Shown: positions 1 to 9,308 of the stretch, piece after piece | How the letters are laid out: the number at the start of each line of letters is the position of its first letter | How positions within the stretch are numbered: the stretch's first letter is position 1 | Source of the DNA: Candidatus Kuenenbacteria bacterium HGW-Kuenenbacteria-1 | Lineage (GTDB): Bacteria; Patescibacteriota; Patescibacteriia; UBA2591; PGYQ01 | NCBI GenBank assembly: GCA_002839745.1 | Contig: PGYQ01000001.1 | Span: 16,775-80,774, forward strand | DNA length: 64,000 nt | Direction: 5' to 3' | Program-made: the position numbers and the translations under genes | Notes under the pieces: model-generated | Databases searched by the model: none | Seen by the model: only the letters and a program-made list of their open reading frames with translations | What the model was told of the DNA's origin: nothing

Positions 1-5
1 AACAA

Positions 6-539
6 GTGTCACACGAAGGACGTCAATGGTATGTATTACATACTTATTCGGGATATGAAGAAAAAGTTGCTTCTAATCTTAAACAAAGAATAGAATCAAT
101 GAGCATGGAAGATAAAATTTTTAATATTTTAATTCCAACTGAAAAGAAAATAAAATTTAAGGGTGGGAAAAGAAAAACGATAATAGAAAAAATTTTTCCG
201 GGATATGTTTTAATAGAGATGATTGTTACTGATGATTCGTGGTATGTTGTTAGAAATACTCCGTCAGTAACAGGATTTATTGGCACAGGAGTTACGCCTA
301 CACCTATTTCAGAAGAAGAAATAAGGTCTTTGCAAAAACGAATGAAAATAGAAGAGCCAAAATATAAAATTGATGTTAATGTAGATACATTAGTAAAAAT
401 TGTAGACGGACCATTTAAAAATTTTGAAGGTAAAGTTATAGAAATAGATGAAGCTCGTGGGAGAATAAAAGTTTCAATTTCTGTTTTTGGACGAGAAACT
501 CCTGTAGAGTTAGATTTTTTGCAAATTAAAAAAATGTAA
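6..539 (+). CDS. nusG: Transcription termination/antitermination factor NusG (GTG start; 5' end may lie upstream of the window)
   Basis: N-terminal NGN-like WYVLHTYSGYE motif and C-terminal KOW-like region (GKVIEIDEARGRIKVSISVFGRETPVEL); 177 aa. Confidence 0.85.
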   Translation: MSHEGRQWYVLHTYSGYEEKVASNLKQRIESMSMEDKIFNILIPTEKKIKFKGGKRKTIIEKIFPGYVLIEMIVTDDSWYVVRNTPSVTGFIGTGVTPTPISEEEIRSLQKRMKIEEPKYKIDVNVDTLVKIVDGPFKNFEGKVIEIDEARGRIKVSISVFGRETPVELDFLQIKKM

Positions 540-639
540 ATTTTATGCTATATCCGATTAATAGCATAAATCTTGACATATTTCTATTTTAAAATAGAAT
601 TAAGATAGTTATTTTTATTTCAATAAATTAAATAAAATT

Positions 640-1119
640 ATGGCCTTAAAAAAAGATACAATAAAAAAAGAAGAAGTAAAAAAAGAAGATGCTTCTATTC
701 AAGAAGGAGTTTTTTCAATTTTTGAAAATCGAAAATATATTTATGCTATAGGTAGAAGAAAAAGAGCAATAGCGCAAGTACGATATTACGAAAAAGGAAC
801 AGGGAAAATTATAGTTAATAATCAAGATTTTACAAAATATTTTCCATATTTTGTTTGGCAGAAAAATATAACAGATCCATTAACAAAAACTGGAAAGATT
901 GATAAAAGTGATATTTCTGTTTTAGTTAAAGGTGGTGGGAAAAATGGACAATCAGAAAGCATTAGACATGGTTTGTCTCGTATTTTAGTAAAAATTGAAC
1001 AGGAAACTAAACCAATTTTAAGAAAGAGTGGATTTTTAACTCGCGATCCTAGAGAAAAAGAAAGAAAAAAACCAGGTCTTAAAAAAGCTCGTCGCGCTCC
1101 GCAGTGGAAAAAGAGATAA
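640..1119 (+). CDS. rpsI: 30S ribosomal protein uS9
   Basis: GRRKRAIAQVR...GGGKNGQSESIRHGLSRIL...RDPREKERKKPGLKKARRAPQWKKR is the conserved S9 core and C-terminal tail; N-terminal Lys/Glu-rich extension. Confidence 0.85.
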   Translation: MALKKDTIKKEEVKKEDASIQEGVFSIFENRKYIYAIGRRKRAIAQVRYYEKGTGKIIVNNQDFTKYFPYFVWQKNITDPLTKTGKIDKSDISVLVKGGGKNGQSESIRHGLSRILVKIEQETKPILRKSGFLTRDPREKERKKPGLKKARRAPQWKKR

Positions 1120-1252
1120 ATTTTTCATTATGAATTATCAAATTAATCATATTGAATTCGTAAAATGATTATTTAAAGGTAAAAAAATTGTTTGTTGTTA
1201 TAATTTTTCTAAAAAGAGGTTGTATTAAATTAAAAAAATATTAAAATATAAT

Positions 1253-1280
1253 AAAACCTCTTTTAAAAAAGAGGTTTTTT
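1253..1280 (+). terminator. Rho-independent terminator after rpsI
   Basis: aaaacctctttt-aaaaaa-gaggtttttt hairpin followed by T run. Confidence 0.6.
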
Positions 1281-1287
1281 ATATTCT

Positions 1288-1359
1288 GGCCTGGTAGCCA
1301 AGCAGTAAGGCATTGGTCTGCAAAACCAATACGCGTGGGTGCAATTCCCACCCAGGCCT
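1288..1359 (+). tRNA. tRNA-Cys (anticodon GCA)
   Basis: Cloverleaf GGCCTGG/CCAGGCC acceptor, anticodon arm ATTGG-TCTGCAAAA-CCAAT; T-loop reads TGCAATT (atypical G55 in my parse). Confidence 0.75.
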
Positions 1360-1360
1360 T

Positions 1361-1410
1361 AAAAAGTTAAAAGTTAAAAGTTGAAAGTTAAAAGTTGAAA
1401 GTTGAAAATT
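1361..1410. repeat. Heptanucleotide tandem repeat (AAAGTTA/AAAGTTG, about 7 units)
   Basis: aaaaagttaaaagttaaaagttgaaagttaaaagttgaaagttgaaaa directly after tRNA-Cys and abutting the cysS start. Confidence 0.8.
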
Positions 1411-1423
1411 GTATTTATTATTT

Positions 1424-2800
1424 ATGCTTAAAATTTATAACACTTTAACGCGAAAAAAAGAGGAGTTTAAATCAATTAAAAAAAACGAAATTGGACTTTA
1501 TACCTGCGGTCCAACTGTTTATAATTTTGCTCATATTGGTAATTTGCGAACATATATTTTTGAGGATATTTTAAATCGTGTTTTACTTTATAATCATTAT
1601 AAAGTAAAACATGTAATGAATATAACTGATGTTGGGCATTTAACAGGGGATCAAGATATGGGGGAAGATAAATTAGAAAAAGGAGCAAAAAAAGAAAATA
1701 AAACAGTTTGGGAAATTGTGGAATTTTATACTAAGGCATTTAAAGATGATTTAAAATTATTAAATATATTAGAACCTCATATTTGGTGTAAAGCGACTGA
1801 TTACATAAAAGAGCAAATTGATTTAATTAAAATTTTAGAAAAAAAAGGTTATACATATAAGACAAGCGATGGTATTTATTATGATACTTCAAAATTTAAA
1901 GATTATAATAAATTAAGTCATCTTGATTTAGAAACTTTGCAAGAAGGCGCGCGAGTTGAAAAAAATGAAGAGAAAAAAAATCCGACTGATTTTGCTTTAT
2001 GGAAATTTTCGCCCAAAGATTCTAAAAGACAGATGGAGTGGAATTCTACTTGGGGAATTGGTTTTCCTGGTTGGCATATAGAATGTTCGGCAATGAGTTT
2101 AAAACTTTTAGGCGATCAACTTGATATTCATTGTGGCGGGATGGATCATATTAATATTCATCATACAAATGAAATTGCTCAGTCTGAAGTAGCTACTGGG
2201 AAAAAGTTTTTTAATTATTGGATACATGGAGCTTTTTTAAATATTGCTGAAGGGAAAAAAATGGCAAAAAGCAAAGAGAATTTTCTTACATTAGAAAACG
2301 CTTTTATTAAACAAAATATTAACCCCTTGGTTTATAGGTTTTCAGTTTTACAAACGCATTATAGAAAGCCAATGGAATATAGCCAAAATGGAGCGGAAAA
2401 TGCTCAAAATGGGTTAGAGCATTTATATAATCAAATAAAAAAATTAGGCAAAGACATCGGCGATATTGATCATAATTTTAAAGAGAAATTTTTAAAAGCA
2501 GTAAATAATGATTTAAATATGCCACAAGCATTGAGCGTGGTTCAAGAATTATTAAAATCAGATATAGCTAACCAAGATAAATTAAAAACTATTTTAGATT
2601 TTGATAAGGTTTTGGGATTAAATTTGGGGAAAATAAAAATAAATAAAATTCCAAAAGAAATTTTAGATTTAGTTTCTCAACGAGAAAAGGCTCGTAAGAA
2701 AAAAAATTGGCAAAAATCTGATGAAATTCGTCAAGAAATTGAAAAATTGGGTTATCAAGTTGAAGACACAAAACAAGGTTCAAAAATAAATAGCATTTAA
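1424..2800 (+). CDS. cysS: Cysteine--tRNA ligase
   Basis: [16 protein letters not shown]-terminus, [17 protein letters not shown] (HIGH), KMAKSKENF (KMSKS); likely start is the second Met of ORF 1409..2800. Confidence 0.9.
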   Translation: MLKIYNTLTRKKEEFKSIKKNEIGLYTCGPTVYNFAHIGNLRTYIFEDILNRVLLYNHYKVKHVMNITDVGHLTGDQDMGEDKLEKGAKKENKTVWEIVEFYTKAFKDDLKLLNILEPHIWCKATDYIKEQIDLIKILEKKGYTYKTSDGIYYDTSKFKDYNKLSHLDLETLQEGARVEKNEEKKNPTDFALWKFSPKDSKRQMEWNSTWGIGFPGWHIECSAMSLKLLGDQLDIHCGGMDHINIHHTNEIAQSEVATGKKFFNYWIHGAFLNIAEGKKMAKSKENFLTLENAFIKQNINPLVYRFSVLQTHYRKPMEYSQNGAENAQNGLEHLYNQIKKLGKDIGDIDHNFKEKFLKAVNNDLNMPQALSVVQELLKSDIANQDKLKTILDFDKVLGLNLGKIKINKIPKEILDLVSQREKARKKKNWQKSDEIRQEIEKLGYQVEDTKQGSKINSI

Positions 2801-2866
2801 AAAAAGAAATTGTTAAAATTTAATAATTAATTTCTTTAGCGTTTTAATAAACCTAGAGCCTATTTT

Positions 2867-4030
2867 ATGAAAAAAATAATTGCCTTATCTATTATATTTT
2901 TTTGTTTTTTATTATTTCCATTTTCTTTTTCGCAAGCAATTGTCCAAAAAACAGGAGAAAGTATTCGTCTTAATTCAAATGAAATTATTGATGATGATTT
3001 TATTGCTTTCGGACAAAATATAGAAATTAATGGATTAATTAAGGGTGATCTTTTTGTTTTTGCCAAAAATATTACCATCAATGGAAATATTGAAGGAGAT
3101 GTTATTGGTTTTACTCAACAAATTACAATTAATGGAAATGTAAATGGGAATATTAGAATTTTAGGAGAAACTATAAATTTTAATAATCAAATAGATAAAA
3201 ATGTTAATGTTTTGGGACAAAATATTATTTTTTCTGAGAAAAGTAAGATTAAAAAAAATTTATTAATTTTGGGAGAAAGCATTGATGTAAATGGAAAAAT
3301 TGATGGCAATATTTTTGGCAATGGGAAAAAAATTTCTTTGGCCGGAGAAAATAATAAAAATGTTTATTTAAATACAACAGCTCTTGTTTTACAACCTAAA
3401 ACAATTATTAATGGAAATTTAGATTATGTTGCGTCTCAAAAAGCGGAAATAAAATCTGGCGCTCAAATTTTAGGAAAAACTTTGTATAAAATTCCATCCT
3501 TTGAAAAACAAGAAAAAAAATATACTATTGCTTTTTTCTTTTGGAAATTAGTTTCTTTGTTTGGGTTTTTAATTATTGGTTTAATTTTTATTTCTTTATT
3601 TCCTAAGAAAACATTGGAAATAATTAATCAAATTAAAAAAACGCCATGGAAAAATTTAGGCTATGGAATAATTTGTTTTATTGTTGTGCCGATAATCGCG
3701 CTTTTTTTAATTGCTATGCTCATTGGAATTCCATTGGCTTTTATTGGAATGTGTTTATATTTCATCTTTTTATATTTAGCTCAACTTTTTGTTGGTTTAA
3801 CAATTGGCGTAGAAATAGATAAAAAAATTAGAAAACCAAAAGAGATCGTTTTGCCAGCTGGCGAACAAGAACAAAAAAATAATTTAATTTGGCCAATGAT
3901 TTTAGGAATGATTATTTTAATAATTTTATTTAACATTCCTTATTTAGGTTGGGCTTTTAAATTAATAGTTATTTGTATGGGATTGGGAGGAATGATAGGG
4001 ATAGTTAAAAGTTCAAAGTGTAAAGTGTAA
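2867..4030 (+). CDS. Hypothetical secreted/membrane protein with bactofilin-like beta-helical I-x-I-N-G-N-I-x-G-D repeats and C-terminal multi-TM domain
   Basis: Signal peptide MKKIIALSIIFFCFLLF; repeats ITINGNIEGDV/ITINGNVNGNI/IDVNGKIDGNI with ~18-aa period; four hydrophobic helices at C-terminus; last codons are heptamer repeats (KSSKCKV). Confidence 0.5.
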   Translation: MKKIIALSIIFFCFLLFPFSFSQAIVQKTGESIRLNSNEIIDDDFIAFGQNIEINGLIKGDLFVFAKNITINGNIEGDVIGFTQQITINGNVNGNIRILGETINFNNQIDKNVNVLGQNIIFSEKSKIKKNLLILGESIDVNGKIDGNIFGNGKKISLAGENNKNVYLNTTALVLQPKTIINGNLDYVASQKAEIKSGAQILGKTLYKIPSFEKQEKKYTIAFFFWKLVSLFGFLIIGLIFISLFPKKTLEIINQIKKTPWKNLGYGIICFIVVPIIALFLIAMLIGIPLAFIGMCLYFIFLYLAQLFVGLTIGVEIDKKIRKPKEIVLPAGEQEQKNNLIWPMILGMIILIILFNIPYLGWAFKLIVICMGLGGMIGIVKSSKCKV

Positions 4031-4117
4031 AGTTAAAGAAATTTTAAATTTTTCTGTTATCTTAATCGAGGTTATATTTTGGTTTTGACACTCAAATATA
4101 ACAATAATTCTTTGCGC

Positions 4118-4160
4118 GAGAGACCTGTTGAAGACAGTCTTCAACAGGTCAACATTTTTT
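4118..4160 (+). terminator. Perfect 13-bp-stem hairpin plus T run (terminator/attenuator candidate upstream of glgA)
   Basis: gacctgttgaaga-cag-tcttcaacaggtc followed by aacattttttt. Confidence 0.45.
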
Positions 4161-4189
4161 TGCTTATTTTATTTTCTAAAGTTTTTTTT

Positions 4190-5701
4190 ATGAAAAATCA
4201 AATGAAAGTTTTATTTGTAGGAGGGGAGTTGACGCCTATTGCTAAAGTAGGCGGATTAGCTGATGTTATTGGTGCTTTACCAAAGGCATTAAAAAAACTC
4301 GGAGTGGATGTAAAAATTATTATTCCAAAATACGGAATCATTGACGAAAAAAAATATCCTCTAAAAAAAATTGCTAGTGATATAAAAATTCCTTTTTATA
4401 ATCAAGAGGAATTAGTTAATGTTTATTCCTGTTTTTTGCCAGACACTCAAAGACAAGTAGAGGTTTATTTGATTGAAAATTTAAAATATTTAAGTGAGGG
4501 CGAAATTTATTTTACCATTGACGCTTCTTCATCCGGCGCGCTTAATGAATGTCAACGGTTTGTTTTTTTTACCAAATGCGTTGCGGAAATTTTTTTAAAT
4601 AACAAAATAGATTGGCAACCAGATATTTTTCATTGTCATGATTGGCACACTGGATTTTTACCCTTATTAATAAAAATTCAATCTGTTAATTTACAAATGA
4701 AACAAAAAACTTTATTTACAATTCATAATTTTGCTTATCAAGGTAAATATAATCCTCAAGAAATTTTAAAAATGCTTAATTTAAAAGAACAAGATTGGCC
4801 TTGTTTGCGAGAAAGAACAAAAAATCAATTTAAAGATCTCAATGCCGTTCAGCAAGCCATTTTAAACGCAGATTTAATTAATACTGTGAGTCCAACCTAC
4901 GCGCAAGAAATTTTAACCCCAGAATTTGGTGAAAAATTAGAAAATAATTTACAAAAAAGAAAGGCTAATCTTTCTGGTATTCTTAATGGGATTGATGTGG
5001 ATTTTTTTAATCCAGCAACAGATTTAACTTTAATAAAAAATTATGGATTAGAAATGCCTAAAGAAAAAATATTAGAAAATAAAAAAGAAAACAAAGAGTA
5101 TCTTCAAAAAAATTGTAATTTAAAAATTGATTCTAATGTGCCTTTGATTGGTTTAATTTCGCGAGTTGCTGAGCAAAAGGGATTTGATTTAATTATTAAA
5201 ATTTTTGATAAATTAATGGAATTAGATTTACAATTTGTTTTATTAGGCACGGGCGATCCAAAAATGGAAAAAACATTAGCAGAATTGTCTTTAAAATATC
5301 CTGATAAATTTTCTTGTAATCTTAAATTTAATACAAAAGTAGCTCAGCAAATTTATGCTGGTTCGGATATATTTTTAATGCCTTCACATTTTGAACCATG
5401 TGGTTTGGGTCAAATGATTGCCATGCGATATGGAACTACACCAATCGTCAGAGCCTGTGGTGGGCTAAAAGATACAGTTGAAAATTATTCATTACAAACT
5501 ATTCATTATAAATTAGGGATGGGTTTTGTTTTTGAAAAGTATGAAGCAAATGAGATGTTAAATTCAATCAAAGAGGCGTTAGAGATTTATAAAGATAAAA
5601 AGGCTTGGCAAGAAATAATTTTTCATAATATGCGACAAGATTTTTCTTGGGAAAACTCAGCTAAAAAATATTTAGAATTATACAAAAAACTCCTAAAATA
5701 G
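4190..5701 (+). CDS. glgA: Glycogen synthase (ADP-glucose type, GT5)
   Basis: KVGGLADVIGALPKAL signature near N-terminus; HCHDWHTG; start assigned to ATG 4190 (MKNQMKVLFVGGE) rather than ORF start 4079. Confidence 0.85.
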   Translation: MKNQMKVLFVGGELTPIAKVGGLADVIGALPKALKKLGVDVKIIIPKYGIIDEKKYPLKKIASDIKIPFYNQEELVNVYSCFLPDTQRQVEVYLIENLKYLSEGEIYFTIDASSSGALNECQRFVFFTKCVAEIFLNNKIDWQPDIFHCHDWHTGFLPLLIKIQSVNLQMKQKTLFTIHNFAYQGKYNPQEILKMLNLKEQDWPCLRERTKNQFKDLNAVQQAILNADLINTVSPTYAQEILTPEFGEKLENNLQKRKANLSGILNGIDVDFFNPATDLTLIKNYGLEMPKEKILENKKENKEYLQKNCNLKIDSNVPLIGLISRVAEQKGFDLIIKIFDKLMELDLQFVLLGTGDPKMEKTLAELSLKYPDKFSCNLKFNTKVAQQIYAGSDIFLMPSHFEPCGLGQMIAMRYGTTPIVRACGGLKDTVENYSLQTIHYKLGMGFVFEKYEANEMLNSIKEALEIYKDKKAWQEIIFHNMRQDFSWENSAKKYLELYKKLLK

Positions 5702-5712
5702 GAGTTTTTTTG
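5685..5712 (+). terminator. Rho-independent terminator after glgA
   Basis: aaaaactcctaaaataggagttttttt hairpin overlapping the stop codon. Confidence 0.6.
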
Positions 5713-5821
5713 TTAGAAAAGTTTTAAGGAATTTTATTTTTTTAATTTAATATTAGTTCCAAGAGCTTTTATTAATTGAAAAAATGTTGGAAAAGTTTTA
5801 TTAAGTTTGCATATTAAAAAT

Positions 5822-5895
5822 TGGCTCGGGGACAGGGATTCGAACCCCGATCTTAAGGACCAGAACCTGACGTCCTACCATTAGACGATCCCCGA
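5822..5895 (-). tRNA. tRNA-Gln (anticodon CUG) with encoded CCA
   Basis: Minus-strand TCGGGGA...TCCCCGA acceptor, GGGGTTCGAATCCCT T-arm, anticodon loop TTCTGGT; anticodon stem TCAGG/CCTTA has one C-T mismatch. Confidence 0.65.
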
Positions 5896-5972
5896 AAAAA
5901 ATAATTATTTATAAATATTTTTACGATCAAGAGAATTTTTATATTAATGTTTCAAGATAATTTAAATATTTA

Positions 5973-7568
5973 TTATTCTACAATTTTTCCATCAAATACA
6001 TTTAAAATATTATTTAAAAATTTATCTTGATTTTCTTCAAGAAAACCATTTTTTATAGGAAGAATTTCTGTTTTAAGAATAACTTTTTGTTTTAAAATAT
6101 CTTCTAAAATATTTTCAATTATTTCTTTATTTTTTCTATCATTAATTCTTTCCTGATAAAACTTATGTTCAAATCCAATTTGCAATATATTTTCTTTAAA
6201 GGAAAGTAACTCTGTTGTTCTTAAAAAAGTAAAAATAGAATGATTATGTTTTTTAATTTTTTCTAAAATTTTTCCCCATTTTTCTTTAATTTCTTCTAAT
6301 TTAATTTTAGATTCTTTATTTAAGGTTTCAGATTTCAGATTTTCTGTTTCATTATTTTTTGCTTTTCGCTTTTCGCTTTTCGCTTCATTGTTTTCTGGGC
6401 GTACGCAAGGGTATGCCCTTACAAAATTGTTTTTTTGTTCCATTGTTTTATTGTTTTCTTGTTCTATTATTTCATCATTTTCTATAATTTCTAAAATAGC
6501 TATTTCTAATGGCAATTGAATAATATCTGTTTCGCCTAATTCTTTTTGTGTTTTAATTAAAATTTCAATTGCTTTGCTTAATTTTTTTATATTGATTTTT
6601 TCCGTTAATTTTAAAATTTTCTTTTCAATTTCTTTATCCATTTCTTGAGAGAAGTTGTTAAGGTTGAGATCTATTTTTATTAATAAAATTTTTCGCATTA
6701 TTTCAATACAATCATTAATAAAATATTTTAAATCAATCCCTTGTTCTACTAATTTATTAATTAAAATTAAAGTGGCTTTTTTATTGTTTTCAAAAAGATG
6801 TTCTAATAATTCTAAAATTAAATTAAAGTTAGAGTGTGGGAGAATCAATTCGGCTTGTTCAAGATTTATTTCTTTTTCTCCTAAAACTAAAATTTGACCA
6901 AGAAGACTTTCGGCATTTCGAAGATATCCTTGGCTTTGATGAGCGATATTTTTTATAATTTGAGGATCAACTTTTATTTTTTCTAAATCACAAATTTTTT
7001 CTAATTTTTTTGTAATTTCTAAAAAATTAATTTTTTTAAAATTAAATTGTTGGCAACGAGAAATAATTGTTTCTGGGATTTTGTGAATTTCAGTGGTGGC
7101 TAAAATAAAAATAATATGAGCCGGTGGTTCTTCTAAAATTTTTAAAAGAGCGTTAAAAGCGGAAAGAGAAAGCATATGAGCTTCATCAATAATAAAAATT
7201 TTATAATTAAGATTATGAGGGATAAAACGGGAATTTTCAATAATATTTTCTCGAACATTATCTACTCCTGTTTGTGAAGCAGCATCAATTTCCATTATAT
7301 CTAAAGATTTTCCTTCGCTAATTTCATTACAAAAAGTACATTTATTACAAGGTTCTGCATCTTTTTTATTTCTGTTTTTACAATTAATCGCTTTGGCTAA
7401 AAGACGAGCGCAAGTGGTTTTTCCTGTTCCTCTAGGCCCAGAAAATAAATAGGCATGATTAATTTGATTAGTTTTAATTTGATTTTCCAAAGTAATTTTA
7501 ATATGATCTTGACCAACCAAATCTTTAAAAGTTTGTGGTCTATATTTTCGGTAAAGTGTTAAATTCAT
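5973..7568 (-). CDS. dnaX: DNA polymerase III subunit gamma/tau
   Basis: YRKYRPQTFKDLVGQDH...GPRGTGKTT Walker A, zinc module CNKCTFC; C-terminal half carries in-frame heptamer and palindromic insertions. Confidence 0.9.
   Translation of the reverse strand: MNLTLYRKYRPQTFKDLVGQDHIKITLENQIKTNQINHAYLFSGPRGTGKTTCARLLAKAINCKNRNKKDAEPCNKCTFCNEISEGKSLDIMEIDAASQTGVDNVRENIIENSRFIPHNLNYKIFIIDEAHMLSLSAFNALLKILEEPPAHIIFILATTEIHKIPETIISRCQQFNFKKINFLEITKKLEKICDLEKIKVDPQIIKNIAHQSQGYLRNAESLLGQILVLGEKEINLEQAELILPHSNFNLILELLEHLFENNKKATLILINKLVEQGIDLKYFINDCIEIMRKILLIKIDLNLNNFSQEMDKEIEKKILKLTEKINIKKLSKAIEILIKTQKELGETDIIQLPLEIAILEIIENDEIIEQENNKTMEQKNNFVRAYPCVRPENNEAKSEKRKAKNNETENLKSETLNKESKIKLEEIKEKWGKILEKIKKHNHSIFTFLRTTELLSFKENILQIGFEHKFYQERINDRKNKEIIENILEDILKQKVILKTEILPIKNGFLEENQDKFLNNILNVFDGKIVE
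6397..6418. repeat. GC-rich palindromic element (gggcgtacgcaagggtatgccc) inserted in-frame in dnaX
   Basis: Near-identical to the intergenic copy at ~28199-28220 (gggcgtacccttgcgtacgccc); encodes RAYPCVRP in DnaX linker. Confidence 0.6.
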
Positions 7569-7581
7569 AATAAATTTTTAA

Positions 7582-8691
7582 TTAAAAAATTCTTAAAAGT
7601 GCTTTTAAAATTTTTCCACCAAATTTAACGATATCTTGATAAGTGATGATTATAATTAATAGCATTAATAAAGCGAATCCAATACTATGAGTGATATTTT
7701 CTATTTCTTGATTAATTGGTTTTCTTCTAATTTTTTCAATTATTAAAAAAAGTATTCTTCCACCATCTAATGCTGGAAATGGGATAAAATTAATAACTGC
7801 TAAATTTAAAGAAAGTAAGGCGGTAAATTGAAGAATGTAAATAAATCCTAAATTAACCATCTGTTTTGTCATTATAACAATTCCAACAGGTCCAGAAATA
7901 TCTGCTGATAATGTTTGATGAATAATTAAATTTTTAATTAATAAACAAAAGGCTTTAATTATTTCAAAGGTTAAAAAAATGGTTGTTTTGGCTCCTAAAT
8001 AAATGGATTGATGCCAAGAATATGAAATAATTCCAGTACTAACTAATTGAGTACCTATTATTTTTCCATTGACTTTTTCAGAAAATTCTGGATAAATTTT
8101 TTTTTCTAAAAACTTATCTCCTCTTTTAATTTTTATTATGGTTTCTTTTTCAATATTTTTTATATATTTTTGAAATAAAGAAACATCTTCAAATTTTTGT
8201 CCATCTACTTCAGAAATAACATCGCCTAATTGAATTCCTGCTTTTTGAGCTGGAGAGTTTTCTAAAACTGACATAATTTGAATTTGTGGCTGATTGATTT
8301 TTTTTGCTCCTTTAATAGTTTCTTTATTTAATGCTTGTGGAAAACCAATCATAAATCCAATAGAAAATAATATGAATGCTAAAAAAACATTCATGATTAC
8401 GCCAGCAGAAATAATGGCTACTTTTTCTGAAATTTTTTTTGAAACAAAACTATCTTTTTCAGAAGGATTGCCACCTTCATCTCCTTTGATTTTACAAAAT
8501 CCTCCCAAAGGAATCCAATTTAAAGAAAAAAGCGTTCCTGCTTTTTTGATACCAAAAATTCGTGGAGGAAATCCAAAACCAAATTCTTCTACAGTTACAC
8601 CCATTTTTCGAGCAACAAAAAAATGTCCAAATTCATGGACAAGAACCAATAGCCCTAAAATTACAATAAAAACAATAATAGTTAAAAACAT
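7582..8691 (-). CDS. rseP: RIP site-2 metalloprotease RseP with PDZ domain
   Basis: HEFGHFFVARKMGV (HExxH), PDZ segment, LDGG motif near C-terminus, multiple TM helices. Confidence 0.85.
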   Translation of the reverse strand: MFLTIIVFIVILGLLVLVHEFGHFFVARKMGVTVEEFGFGFPPRIFGIKKAGTLFSLNWIPLGGFCKIKGDEGGNPSEKDSFVSKKISEKVAIISAGVIMNVFLAFILFSIGFMIGFPQALNKETIKGAKKINQPQIQIMSVLENSPAQKAGIQLGDVISEVDGQKFEDVSLFQKYIKNIEKETIIKIKRGDKFLEKKIYPEFSEKVNGKIIGTQLVSTGIISYSWHQSIYLGAKTTIFLTFEIIKAFCLLIKNLIIHQTLSADISGPVGIVIMTKQMVNLGFIYILQFTALLSLNLAVINFIPFPALDGGRILFLIIEKIRRKPINQEIENITHSIGFALLMLLIIIITYQDIVKFGGKILKALLRIF

Positions 8692-8726
8692 ATTTAAGAA
8701 ATTAAAAATTATAAATTAAAAATTAA

Positions 8727-9284
8727 TTAGATTGTCATTATTTCTTTTTCTTTTTTTATTTCTATTTCTTTAAGTTTTTCATTATATTCTTCAACAACTT
8801 TATCTAATTCTTTGAAATAATAAAATTTATCATCTTCTGAAATTTGTTTTTCTTGTTCTTGTTTTTGTATTTCTTTTTTTATTTCATCTCTAATTTGTCG
8901 AAAACTTACTCTTGTTTGTTCAAGTTTTTGATGAACTATTTGGACTATTTCTTTTCTTAGTTCTCCTGTCATTGGCGGAATATTTAGTCTAATCATTGTT
9001 CCATCTACTGCGCAAGGAAGATTCAGACTAGATATTGAAATCGATTTTTCAATATCTTTTAAAAGATTTTTATCCCATGGTTGAATAATAATTGTTTTTG
9101 CGTCAGATATATTAATACTAGCTAATTGTTTTAAAGGCATTTGTCCATCATAAGCCTTAATTATTAAATCTTCAACTAGCGCTGGATTAGCTCGGCCAAT
9201 TCTTAATTTTTCTAAATCTTTTTCAAAAAAAATAATTGTTTTTTCAAATTCTGGTTTGTGCGATTCAATCAAATTTAGTTCCAT
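8727..9284 (-). CDS. frr: Ribosome recycling factor
   Basis: 185 aa; RIGRANPALVEDL and overall RRF architecture. Confidence 0.9.
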   Translation of the reverse strand: MELNLIESHKPEFEKTIIFFEKDLEKLRIGRANPALVEDLIIKAYDGQMPLKQLASINISDAKTIIIQPWDKNLLKDIEKSISISSLNLPCAVDGTMIRLNIPPMTGELRKEIVQIVHQKLEQTRVSFRQIRDEIKKEIQKQEQEKQISEDDKFYYFKELDKVVEEYNEKLKEIEIKKEKEIMTI

Positions 9285-9308
9285 AAAAAAATATTAAAAA
9301 ATTAAAAT

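Noticed and set aside
1361-1410. Possible CRISPR array (short direct repeats)
   Set aside because: Units are 7 bp and contiguous with no spacers; no cas genes in the window. Classified as microsatellite-type tandem repeats instead.
6655-6897. 80-aa + strand ORF inside dnaX
   Set aside because: Antisense to dnaX; no start context or motif.
8294-8719. 141-aa + strand ORF
   Set aside because: Entirely antisense to rseP; biased composition of the AT-rich antisense strand generates long open frames.
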